From the NCBI GenBank assembly GCA_051294375.1, contig JBJCIZ010000282.1, forward strand, positions 386,880 through 450,879: a DNA stretch of 64,000 nt, written 5' to 3'. Numbering within the stretch: the stretch's first letter is position 1; every line of letters starts with the position of its first letter. Below, one piece after another: positions 11,477 through 23,700 of this stretch. The notes under the pieces are model-generated. The model searched no databases. It was not told where the DNA came from and saw nothing but the letters and a program-made list of their open reading frames with translations. The stretch comes from Paraspadella gotoi (Eukaryota > Animalia > Chaetognatha). The position numbers were made by a program, and so were the translations under genes.

Positions 11477-12647
11477 TTAACTTTTGATAATTACCTTAAT
11501 AGGAAATAACAATGCAGCGGTTTTAGTATCCTCACTTTTATCTATAATAAAGCCATAGCACAAGTATGGTTTTTTGTTATCAAACTCGGTAACTTCCCCA
11601 GGTGATCCAGGCTCATATAATATATCTGCAGTTCTACTATTAGAACAGTCTGGATAATTCGATCCAAAAAATTTAAAATTAGTTTTTTGTAATGGTGCCT
11701 TATTTTTAACTGTATGAATCTGAAAAGCAAAAATAACTATGGGAGAAAAAAATTTAAAAAAAATCATTTTCGGCCACTTATTGTCAAGAGTAGACTCCCA
11801 ATATTTTTTATTATTTTCACAATTTGTATTTTTAAAGGCACAGTCAGTTCTTGAATCGTGGGGATTATTTGATCCTGATGTCCCTGAAAAAAAGACCTCT
11901 CCAATTTCAGAGCCAGGATCACATCTATCACATATAGCACTTCCTTTTATACTTTTCCTAGAATTAAAGCATTTTTTACATTGTTTTTGACCATGCTTAT
12001 CTTGATAATAATTTTCTGGGCATGGTTTACAAGTAGAAGTTTTATAATTAGGGGCAACAGTACCAGGTTGACAAAAATGACATTTATTTTGCTTTTTCTT
12101 ATCTTGATATTTTCCAGGAATGCATTTTTCACATACAGTTGAGCCTTCCTTTGCTGAAAAAGTGCCAGTGACGCAATCAAGACAGGATTGTTGTCCAGGT
12201 TTTGATTGATATGATCCTGCTTTGCATTGTTCACATTTCCAGCTAAGAGGCTTACTTGTAAATGTTCCTGGAGAACACATCTCACAAATAATGCTACCAT
12301 CCCTTGCGCTATATTGACCTAAAGGACATGGTTTGCATATTTTACCAACATAAAGTGGTTGAAAATATCCTTTGGGACAGGGTTTACATTTAGCAGCAGC
12401 ATGCTTGGACACTTTTCCTTTTCCGCAATTGAAACATTTAGAACCTCCATATTTTGGTTGATATGTTCCAGCAGTACAGGGCTTACAAGGTTTATATATA
12501 CTAATAGCAACAAACCCTGGAGAACAAGGTATGCATTCTTTTGCCCCAAGTTTATCACTGTATGATCCAATTGGACACTGTGGGCATTTATAACTTCTTT
12601 TTGGATCGTTACTTGCTGATCCTTTTGCACATTTATAGCATTTATTC
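11477..12647 (-). CDS. Terminal exon of a Cys-rich protein with tandem ephrin-receptor-like (GCC2/GCC3, TNFR-like) repeats and a C-terminal beta-rich domain; one frameshift near 12415
   Basis: Repeated C..C..G.Y/F.....G...C units in ORFs 12319-12630 region and 11477-12412. Acceptor TTTTTTTAG on the minus strand at ~12648-12656. C-terminal WES..WPK..F.FFGSN..Y.CYG resembles discoidin-like folds. Confidence 0.75.
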
Positions 12648-12954
12648 TAAAAAAATGTATATTTAAAGAAAATTTAATAAATATTTATTGATTTGTATAT
12701 TTGTATTTGTAGGAATAAGCTCTGACAAAAAATCCAGAGGTTTTTTTAATATATTCTTTTACCGGCCAATGTAGAATGATGGCAATATTGCTATTGTTAA
12801 GTTTTAAAAAAATCTGATCACAAATATAGAAAATATTAACCAAAATCTTCGGAAAATCCACCCCTTCTTTGGAAGATTTTCGCCAGAGTAGATTTTTCCC
12901 CAATCTGACTCCCGGTTGAAAACTCTTAGAATTCTGATTGTTAGCTCCTTTTTT

Positions 12955-13421
12955 ACTTTTACTTTAAATAAAAATTTTACCAAAATGGACTAATTCACTT
13001 TACCATGATCGTATCATATTAAAATAACTAAATAAAATGTAAAGAAAAATTTTGAGAGCCCTTCAGACCAATGGCTATCAGATTCCTGAATTTGAAGTTT
13101 ATTGTAAAATCACAACATATGTTAAATGCATTGACATTGTATTGAAGTTGAGAAATCCCTTTATTTTATATATAAAAATTGCATCGAAAATATTTTCCCC
13201 GAGCGGACCAGTCCATTTGAATCTGATGGTTTGATGTCAAAACGAGGGTTATTTGTCAAGAGAAAATAATGCGAGCCCTTCAGATGCAACAGGATTGGAA
13301 TCGAGTGTTTTTACATCTATTTTTTACCTGAATTTTTCCCAGGAGCGTTTACATTGTTTGGTAGTCAGATTCTCCATTGAAAAAGTCTTCCTTGATTTCT
13401 AAGAACGACGTAGACTCCTAG
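12955..13421 (+). repeat. Dispersed repeat with a diverged inverted copy at ~63085-63580
   Basis: GAGCCCTTCAGAC..ATGGCTATC and TTTCTAAGAACGACGTA(A)GACTC match the reverse complement near 63450-63475 and 63090-63115. Confidence 0.75.
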
Positions 13422-13474
13422 TATTTGTATTTATATTTATATTTGTATTTGTATATGTGTTTTTAATCGAAACT

Positions 13475-14645
13475 GTTTATAAGCAGATCCCGACTCTATA
13501 ATTCACTCTGTCGGTTTGTCGGTCCACCTCTCAATCTTGTTGGGCATTCACTTATATCATGTCAGAACATCGAATTATGATAAATTATGAAAAAAAACAA
13601 GTTAAAGCAAACAATGTCGGATATGCCCACGATCATTATCGATAATAAATTAATTAATAATTAAATAATTCAGTTTATTAATTAATTAATTTGATCCCAA
13701 ATGTTTGGTTTTAGGAATTTTTGTCACTAACTACGACAAAAACAATGATGATGAAAATAATGCCGATAACGTTTGACTTGATTGATTTACTGATTAATTG
13801 AATATTAATTAATTAATTAATTAATTGAATAATTTATTAATTAACTAATTAATTATTTGATTAATTATTACATCTTGCATTTACATTTGATATAAAAGGA
13901 AAAAAAGAATAATCAATTAGTGAAACTGGTTTTTTGATTTTCCATTTAAACTCATTTCCACTCAAACCATTCCATCGAAACTTGATTTCCTGCTTAATCA
14001 CACGCTTTCCTACCCACATACAAAATTCCAGTTCAATCGCCCCATCCACTCATGAGCAATTGCTGTTCAGATTGTGAAATATATTTTTTGTTGTTTTCCA
14101 TTTAAACTCATTTTCACTCGGACGATTCAATCGAAACTTCATATCCAGGTCAATCACACACAAAGTTTCAATCCAATCCTTCCATCCAGTCACGAGTAAT
14201 TGGTGTTTTTTGGACGGACGGACGGATGGACGGATGGACAGACGGAGGATGGATGGACGGACGGACGGACAGATGGATGGACGAACAACTTTTTTTGCAT
14301 ACTTTATCCTAATTTGACATGTTATAAGTGAGTGCCCGACAATATTTAGGGCGCGGACCGATGGACCAACAAAGTGAATTATAGAGTCAGGATCTGCTAA
14401 TAAGCAGATCTGACTAAAAATGATGTTCATTCGTCTGTCCATCTGTCTGTCCGTTTGTCGGTCCGTCCATATGTCCCACCTTAGCAAAAAACTTGAATTA
14501 CTCGTGATTGGATTGATGGATTTGCATGAAATTTTGTGTGTGGGTAGGGAAGTGTATAATTGAGCTAGATATAAAGTTTCAATGGACTCGTGTTAGTGGA
14601 AAGAGTTTAAATGAAAAAAACAAAAAAAATATATTTCACTAGTGG
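13475..14645 (+). mobile_element. HINE family A (+) with a second complete copy nested in it on the minus strand (13597-14420)
   Basis: The + copy breaks at an A-run (13590-13598) and resumes at 14421 with the (GTCC) microsatellite. The insert has both termini: AAACAAG..GTCGGATATGC and GCAGATCTGACTAAAAA. Confidence 0.7.
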
Positions 14646-14810
14646 AGGATGGAATTTTTAATGATAAGAATTTAACTCATCCATGCTACTAAAATTTCAA
14701 AAGACAAAATAATATTTCATAAAATGATACCATCGCAGGAAATGGACCAGTAGATGGATCTGATAGACCAAATGGTTTGCCTCTCTTGGCTTTTCCGTCT
14801 TTTCTTCTGA

Positions 14811-14833
14811 TTGAAGGTCGAGGCGCTGGGAAC

Positions 14834-14866
<33 letters not shown>

Positions 14867-15868
14867 GGGCGGTCCCCCGCTCCCCCGATCCCCCGCTCTC
14901 CCGATCCCCCGATCTCCGTCGGCGAAGAAGAGAAAGGCGGAGGAGGAGGTGGAAGGGGAGGCGGAGGATGAAAATAAGAGGATGAGGAGGAGCGGCATCG
15001 AGTTGGACTCAGCGGCGGCGACCATTCTCGATCGACAGAGGATTGCCATCGAGCGGCAGCGACGACTACGAGCCAACAAGTCGACGACGATGACCGGCAA
15101 CAAACGCCCCTCTTCCCTACCCTTGGACGGAGAAGCCGCGATCCCCGCCAAGCGTTATCGTTGGGAGCTTCATCCCGACCCGAACGCCAAGCGGTATCTC
15201 GTTCGTCGCGAGATCAATCCGGCGACAACGACGTCAACGACGGTCGGCGGCGACGACGATGAGGAAGAGGAGGAAGAAAAGACGCCGACGGCAACGACGA
15301 AGAATGGGAAAACGGTGTCCTTTCGACTCCCTCCCCGAGACGACGACGATGATGAGGAAGAGGAGGAAAAAGAGAAGGTAAAAACCGAAGAAACCTCCTC
15401 TTTTCCTCCTCGCGTCGTTGAAACGGATCGGTTCATAGACTCGGCCCTCCAACGTCTGCTCCCTCCAAAAAAAAGAAGGATCCTCGACGAACATTACCAA
15501 AACCCCGAGCAGCCTCGACGCTCCGAGAAGTGGCTCGTCGACGACGGAGAGATTCTGCATCAGGAGGAGGACCAGGAAGCCGGGATCCGCTCCGCCGCAC
15601 CTCCGGGACGATCCCGGGATCCGTCTCTGATAAGACCGAAGTGGCCCCCGATTACGAGGAGGACGAAGAAGAAGGAGGCGGGGGAGACGAAGAAAGCGAG
15701 GACGAAGACGACGAAGGGGGAGAAGGCGCTCTCCTCATAGACGACGACGAGAACGATCTAGAGGTCTACGACGAAGAAGAACTCGAGGCGGACGCCAAAG
15801 TCGCCTATTATTCGCGACGAGGATTGGAAAAAGAAGTCGGGGACGTCGCTCCGGGACGCCGGCGTTAA
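14811..15868 (+). CDS. GC-rich low-complexity orphan ORF (poly-Ala, NLS-like basic clusters, acidic tracts), probably frameshifted near the 3' end
   Basis: 309-aa frame in a GC-rich island with KKRK and PPKKRR motifs. First in-frame ATG is at ~14982. An acidic overlapping frame runs to 15868. Confidence 0.45.
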
Positions 15869-15876
15869 CTACCGGT

Positions 15877-16106
15877 ACTCTCTCTCTCTCTCTCTCCCCC
15901 CTTAATTTTTTGGTGTGTATATATAACATAACATACTAATATAACAAAAATTCTCTCTCTCTCTCTCTCTATCCCCCTTAATTTTTTGGTGTGTATATAT
16001 AACGTAACATACTAATATAACAAAATTGTCTCTCTCTCTCTCTCTCTCTTTACCCCCCTTAATTTTTTGGTGTATATATAACGTAACATACTAATATAAC
16101 AAAAAT

Positions 16107-16140
<34 letters not shown>
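15877..16140. repeat. ~75-bp tandem repeat, 3 copies
   Basis: (CT)n-CCCCTTAATTTTTTGGTGTGTATATATAAC.TAACATACTAATATAACAAAA occurs three times. Confidence 0.9.
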
Positions 16141-16143
<3 letters not shown>

Positions 16144-16305
16144 ATGTTTCTCGAATTTTAAAAAAAACATCAAATTATCGCTTCGTATTGTCTCTCTAAC
16201 AAAATTATTTACTAATATTTCTAGGTATCGGGGAGTCTTGTTTTGTAAATATAATTATAATATATCCCCGAGTTATAAAAAATGTTTTTTTGTTTCTCTG
16301 TATAG

Positions 16306-17088
16306 TTTTTAGGCGGATTTGCTTATCAGCAGATCCCGACTCTATAACTCACTTTGTCGGTCATCGGTCCGCCCCTCAATATTGTCGGGCACACACTTAT
16401 ATCATGTCAGAACATCGAATTATGAATAATTTATGCAAAAAAACGATGTCCGTCCGTCTGTCTGTCTGTCGCGTACGTCCCGTCCGTCCGTCGTCCGTCC
16501 GTCTCCGTCCGTCCTCGTCTGTCCGTCGTCCGTCCTGCCGTCCGTCGTCCGTCCCACCTTAGCAAAAAACTCAATTACTCGTGATTGGATGGATGGATTG
16601 GTATAAAATTTTGTGTGTGGGTAGGAAACTGTGTGATTGAGATGGATATGAAGTTTCGAGGGAATCGTGCGAGTGGAAATTGGTTTAAATGGAAAAAACA
16701 AAAAAATATATTTCACTATTTGAACGCCAATTGCTTATGAGTGGATAGGGCAATTGACTTGAAATTTTTGTATGATGGTAGGAAAGTGTGTGATTGAGCT
16801 GGATATAAAGTTTCGATGGAATACGCGAGTGGAAATGAGTTAAAATGGAAAAAACAAAAGTAATATTTACTTGAATTATTTTTACTTAAATTTACTTATA
16901 ATTAGATGTTTATTAAAATAATAGATAAATCGAAATTGAATTTTTGTGTGTGGGTAGGAAAGTATGTGATAAAGCTGGATATAATTTTTGATGGAATCGT
17001 AGGAGTGGAAAAGAGTTCAAATTAGAAAACCAAAGACACATTTATTTGAATTTTTTAAAGTTTTTCTCTCTCTATCTCTCTCTGATTG

Positions 17089-17122
<34 letters not shown>

Positions 17123-20065
17123 CACAATTATGCCAATTGACAAAAATATGCCAGTTGAACAAATTCTTAAAGTTGACCAAATTATGCCAGTTTGACCAAA
17201 TTCTGCAAGTTGATCAAGTTCTGCAAGTTGACCAAATTATGCCTGTTGACCAAATTTATGCCAGTTGACCAAAATTAGGCCAGTTGATTAAAATTATGCG
17301 GTTGACCAAATTATGCCGTTGACAAATTATCTTAATTGTTCAAATTAGGTCAGTTGACCAAATTATGTCAGCAGACCAAATTATGTCAGTTAACCAAACT
17401 ATGTCAGTTGACCAAATTATGCAAGTTGATTAATTTATGCAAGTTGACCAAGTTAGCTTATTACCACTTAATTATCGATTGACCTGGAATTTTGTATGTG
17501 ATTAGAAAAGTGTGTGATTGAACAGGAAACCAAGTTTCGATGGAATCTTTTGAGTGGAAATGAGTTTAAATGGAAAAAAACAAAAAACCTGTTTCACTAT
17601 TTGATTATAATTCTTTTTCCTTTTATATTAAATGTATATGCAGGATGTATTAATAAATCAAATAATTAATCAGTTAATTAATCAATTAGTAAATAAATTA
17701 ATCAATAATTAATTAATTAGTCAATCAATCCATCCATCCGTCCCACCTTAGCAAAAAGCTCCAATAACTCGAGATTGGCTGCTTGGATTGGAATGAAATT
17801 TTGTGTGTGTGTAGGAAAGTGTGTGATAAAACTGGATATAAAGTTTCGACGGAATCGTGTGAGTGGAAATGAGTTTAAGTGGAAAAAACATAAGTCGCAT
17901 TTACTAAAATATTTTTACTTATTTCAACTATTATGTACTCTAATTAATCATAATTGGATGGATATATTTAGTTCAAATTTTTTGTGTGGGTAGAAAAATG
18001 TGTAACGACGCTTGATATTAAGTTTCGGTGGAAACGTACGACTGGAAATGAGTTTAAATGAAAAAAATATGAGTCACATTTACTTGAATTTTTTTACTTA
18101 TTTTAACCCATAATAGATTGAGATGAAATTTTGTGAGCGGGTAGAAAAGTGTGTGAAGAAGCTAGATATAAAGTTTTGACGGAATTGTGCCAGTGGAAAG
18201 GAGTTTAAATGGAAAAAACATAAGTCACATTTACTTTAATATTTATTATTTATGATTACTAATTTATGATTACTAATAAATATTTTAATTAATTAATTAA
18301 TTAATTAATGTGAAAAAATTATGCAAATTAAAAAAATTATGCAAGTTGAAAAAATGATGCAAGCAGAAAAATGATGCAAGTTAAAAATATCCTAAAAGCA
18401 TAAGGAGAGAGAGAGAGAGAGAGAGAGCAGAAAAATGAGCATAAGGATCGTCGCAATTGCAAAGAGAGAGAGAGAGAGAGAGGGAGAAAGATAGAGAGAG
18501 AGAGCAGAAAAATGAGCATAAGGATCGTTGCAATTGCAAAGAGAGAGAGAGAAAGAGACAGACAGAGTCGGAGATAAAAATTAGCAAGTAAAAAAGTTGT
18601 TATTTTACTCACTGAATAAAAATACTTACAAAAACATAAAATTGATAAAATTATATTCTGATAACATTGTTTAATCACATGCAATATATCTAGTAAGGCG
18701 GGCCAAAATTGAACACTTTTTATAACTTCGAGTTCTCTCAAAAATTTTTTTTTCCTTCTACTACTAAATCGATTTTCAATGTAACTTTTTGAATTAGTTC
18801 ATTGGGTTGTTGCTTGAAGGTTTTAAATATTTATTAATATATAACAAATGACAAAAAAAAATTTTAAATTTGATTTTTTAAGAACGGGTTTCTTAAAGCT
18901 TAAAAAGTTAAATGAAAGTTAGTAGCTATAATTTTTTCAAATTTGACAATAAATTGGTTAAAAATAGAAAAAAACCTTAAAAACCATCATCATCATCATT
19001 ATTGCTGAATTTTATTTTTTAAATTTTTCATTAATAAACAAAAAAATTTTAAAAAGTTGTATTAAATAACCTTTATCTAACTTTTAAAGCTCTATCAGAA
19101 TCTTTAAAACTTGATAAGCAAATTTTATAAAAATTATTTTCATTTTCATATTATTTAATAGTCGCTTACATTATTTATTTGAGAGAACTTCTAGTTTTAA
19201 CCTGTTTCCGCCTAATATCTAGTAAGGCGGCCAAAATGGAACAATTTTTATAACTTCTAGTTCTCTTTAAATTTTTTTTCCTTTTACTACTAAATCGATT
19301 TTCAATGTAACTTTTTGAATTAGTTCATTGGGTTGTTGCACTGAAAGCTTTTAAATATTTAATAATATATAATAATTATATAAAGTTTGACGGAAGTGTG
19401 CCAGTGAAAATGAGTTTAAGTTGGAAAAAACTTAAGTCACATTTACTTGAATCTTTAGTATTAATGATTACTATTAAATGTTTTAATTAATTAATTAATT
19501 AATTAATTAATTATTGTGGAAAAAATGATGCAAGTTAAAAAAATCTTAAAAGCATAAAGATCGTCGCAATTGCATAAAAAGAGAGAGGAGAGAGAGAGAA
19601 GAAGGAGACATAAATAAAATAGAGGATTGAAGAGACAGTAATTATTGTTTGTGTTAGTGACAAGAACCGTTCATATACAAGCAGTCCTGAGCTTCGGATT
19701 CAGGCTGTAACACTATGTTACAGGCGGGTTAAGCGCCCCGTCCCTCTTAAACTGCTAGGCGACCACCGGGCTAGAACCCCGGACCTTTGGGTTGGGAGGC
19801 GAATGTCTTGCCTCCGGCACCAATGGCCGCTGATGAACGGTTGGTGGATTTTAGTCCACCATAGGATATTTGTTTGTTTTGATAAAATGTAAACAAGACA
19901 TATTTAATAACTGACCTAACCAATTTTAAGGACATCGATGATGATAAGTTGAATATAAATTTAAAATTAATTATTACATTTTAAAATTAATTAATTAATT
20001 AATCGATTAATTAATTAATTAATTAATTATCGTAGGCAGATCAGACATTGTTTGCTCAACTTGTT
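16306..20065 (+). mobile_element. Full-length HINE family A (Helentron/DINE-1-like), ~3.8 kb
   Basis: T-run, 5' subterminal IR/hairpin, (GTCC)n, internal ~150-bp repeats (GAAATTTTGTGTGTGGGTAGGAAAG...GGAAATGAGTTTAAATGG), a 19-bp satellite at 17140-17470, then 3' GCAGATCAGAC..CAACTTGTT. Confidence 0.7.
19640..19830 (-). mobile_element. tRNA-derived SINE-like insertion; tRNA-like head at 19759-19830
   Basis: Minus strand has acceptor stem GCGGCCA/TGGTCGC, loop CTCCCAA (CCC, Gly-like) and B-box GGTTCTAGCCC. D and anticodon stems are poor. An unrelated tail follows. Confidence 0.6.
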
Positions 20066-20300
20066 CATGATATTAATAATAAAATGATAGAAATGTAAAA
20101 ATTAAAAAATTCTTTTTCTTTTTTCTCTTTCTCGATAAGAAAATTTTTGGTTCCAACCCCCCCTCGTAGTTAAGAGAAAGATGAGGGGGCTGAAAAACGA
20201 TCCATCGAAGACGCGACCGAGCAACCAACAGACCGGTCCTGGAAAACGTTTTTTCCGTTAGGTAAAAGTAATAAATCACGGATGATGGTTTGACGAGAAT

Positions 20301-20346
<46 letters not shown>

Positions 20347-20382
20347 TGAATCTCGAATCTCCTCGAACTCGAATCTCGAATC

Positions 20383-20448
<66 letters not shown>

Positions 20449-20797
20449 CCAATTCAAATTTCGAATCTCGGATCTCTCTCTCTCTCCTCTTCTCTCTCTC
20501 TTCTCGATCCATTCGAATTTCGGATCTCGGATCTTCGTCTCTCTCTCTCTCCTCTCTCTCTCTCTCAGACCAAAACCGAATGGAAGAAAAAAACGCTAGC
20601 TGAAGACTGTGGGGAAAAGACTATCGATTTTTAATAGGTAAAAAAAGTAACGATTTCATTATATGTACATATATTTACAAATGAACAATGACAGAATAGA
20701 AAATTATTTACAAATTATCATCAAAAATAATATGACGGAATAGAAAATTATTTACAAATTATTATTGAAATTACCGCCGACGATAAAATACAAAAAA

Positions 20798-23700
20798 TTA
20801 TTTCCCCTTCTTTTTTTTCTCTAAAATATCCTTATGTTTCTCTTTAAGCGTCGGTGGTATTTCGTGTAACATTCTTTTTTCCGTGAATTTAATGTGAGGG
20901 TAATTAAAGGGGAGGTTTTTAACGGCATTAACGGGAAAAAATTTTAAGTTGCAAGGATTCAAACTTTTTTTTGATAATTCAACGAGATACATGAAATGTC
21001 TATGACTACGTAATAAACATGATTTAGTATATTGTACATTTTAAAAATATAAACTCATACCGATTTTTTCCGCCGCTGCACTATCCACTCCTTTCAGTCT
21101 AATCTTTTTATCATAACTCTCTTTTTTATAATCGAAAGTCAACAGACCTGCAAACTGCTCGGCTATTTGATTCGGGGGTAAATCGATTTTAAATTTACCG
21201 TTAACCTTTTCATTTTTTTTTTTGCCATTCAAAAAGAGTATCCTTTATTTCGTCATTATGGGTGAAATAAGGATGATCTCTATCTAAATTGCTAACATCC
21301 AGCAACTTATGTAATTTAGCCATGCATTTATAAAAGAATCCCGGACCGTCTGACTTTGAATTAAATAATATTTTTAGGCACACTGAATCCGTGTCGGAGG
21401 ACTCTCACGTTAGTGCTTCCAGGGAAAGTGCGGAAGCTGGGCAATATGAATTCGTGGAGGCAAAACTGGAGGTAATATTTTGAAAGATCTAACACTCCCA
21501 TGCCCGTGAAGATACAGTCGTCCAACAGTACCTTTTTATTATAAGATTTTGCGTAAATACAATTTTCTGAGAGAATCATGGCGTCGATGAAGGCGTGGTC
21601 GGATATAGTCTTCAATGCCTCCCTCTCGCTTGTAAGAGATCAACTTCCCGTAAATTATGTTCAAAATCAATTTTGCTCTAGAGCATTGTATTTTGCTCTT
21701 AGATTTTGCCCTTAGATCGATATTTCCTTGGACAAACTCACGAAACAGCACCCTCTGATAAAAAAAAATAATTTTATTGACTCGGGTCAGTTTCACCCCT
21801 TTCGTTAGCAAATACTTAAGAAAAACAAAATGTATGAGATAATTTTTCTTATTAAAATCTACGATTAATTTTTGAACATTATAATTTTTCGTTCCGGTTT
21901 TAGCCATAAGAATCTTAGTGAATGGGGATAATTCGTCAGATTCTATTTTTGGTTAGAGGGGGAAACATTTCGAACAGATGCTTAGCCCTTTCCATATAAA
22001 CTAGATCGACATTAAGAAAATAACCTATATTACCAAAATTATCTATATTATTACCGGAATTAATTAAAAATTCTTTTTTAATCTCTCTCAGATTCGATGT
22101 GATTTTTTAACTTGAAATTAAAGCTTCTTTTTGCTTCCTCTAATAATTTATTGCTTATTTTAACGATGTCTTCAGGGATAGGTTTGGTAATCAATTCGTC
22201 GTTTGATTGAGCGTAGTTCACAAAAATACCCGACCAACCCCCCCGTATCGATCGGCGAATTTCTTTGTAAATATCGATAGATTTGATGCATTCTAATTTT
22301 ACATTAGATTTATACTTACAGGCGTCAAATGCGAAGGCTGGTAAGGACAGATAACGAGTTATGTCTAATTTAAACATAGAATATAATTCTTTTCTTAAAT
22401 TAACGATATTGTCTAATAGGAGGATGGTATCTAATTTTACATAAAAGCTGGCGTATTCCCCCAAGTTTTTACATTTTAATTTATTATACATGTCTAAGGC
22501 TTCCTGATAATCGCTCTCCGAAATATTTTTTCATTTTAGTCGGGAATAGAAATCCTTGTGTTTGGGAAATTCTATTTGATGTAACACGTTCACTCCCTGA
22601 AGAAAATCGTAGAAAAAATTTGCTTTCCTGAGGAACCGGGGGGTCAAAGATTCATCATAATTATTGCTCTTTACGAATTGATGGGTATAAAAAAAATTAT
22701 CTTTTAATTTCTCTGCGCATTCTGGGCATAGGGGTTCTGACCCTTTTTTCCCCCCGACACGAATCGCAAATGCTATTTTCGAATAACTTGCTCACCAGGG
22801 AGTCCAGACTCTCAAAATTGAAATAGTTACACAAATCGATGAAGCGGAAAGGTCTCAATCTTTTACAGTCTTTACAGGATTTTCGTTTTTTATAAAACTT
22901 TTAATCCTTTTCCCATTCTTTTTCAGCGGTTCATCGTCGTCCTGCTCCGAATCATCGTTTTCGACATTGTCGTCGTCGTCATGTCGGAGCACTGCCTCGA
23001 AGTCCGGCTCCCCGTCGTTTGAGTCGTCGTCGTCGTTTGAGTCGCCGTCGTCATCGATTGGGCGTGTCTTCTCCCCGGCTTCCTCAGCCTCCGACGCCTC
23101 GATCCTGTCGTAAGCCTCTCTAATGCCAGGCATGTTGGCCAAACCCATCTTTTTCCCTCTTTTTCTCTCTTTGATCAGGTTCGGAACCGTTCCCTCTCTA
23201 TATTCTTTGATCTTTCTCTTCTTTTTGGCTCTGCAATTCAGGCATAAGAAACGAATGCTGACGCTCATCACTTTTTCTTCCGTCTTACCCAAGACATCCA
23301 CTCTGCGAAAATAATGGCTCAAGTTTGCTATGGAAGAAGAGAGGATCTGGGTGAAATCATAACTAAGATTTTGTATAGCTATAGTTATTTCGCTCTTATC
23401 TATCAATGCTAAATTACATCAATTGCAAACTATAGCGTATATTTTATTGTTAAATGTATAATCTAAATCGATACTACCAGATAAATGTTCGTGATGTAAA
23501 ACTTTGCTATGTTTTTTAAATAACAAATCATTTTTGGTGGGGAATGGAATCTTACATAATTCACAGTTTTTTGCGCTTTTGTATTCCTTGCAAATTTTAT
23601 TCGTTATTTCCAAATCATTGTTAGTAGTTAGTAGTTTGTTTAACTCATAAGAGTCGTTATACAGAGAATCCAAAAAATGTTTTTAGACCGTGTAATTTTC

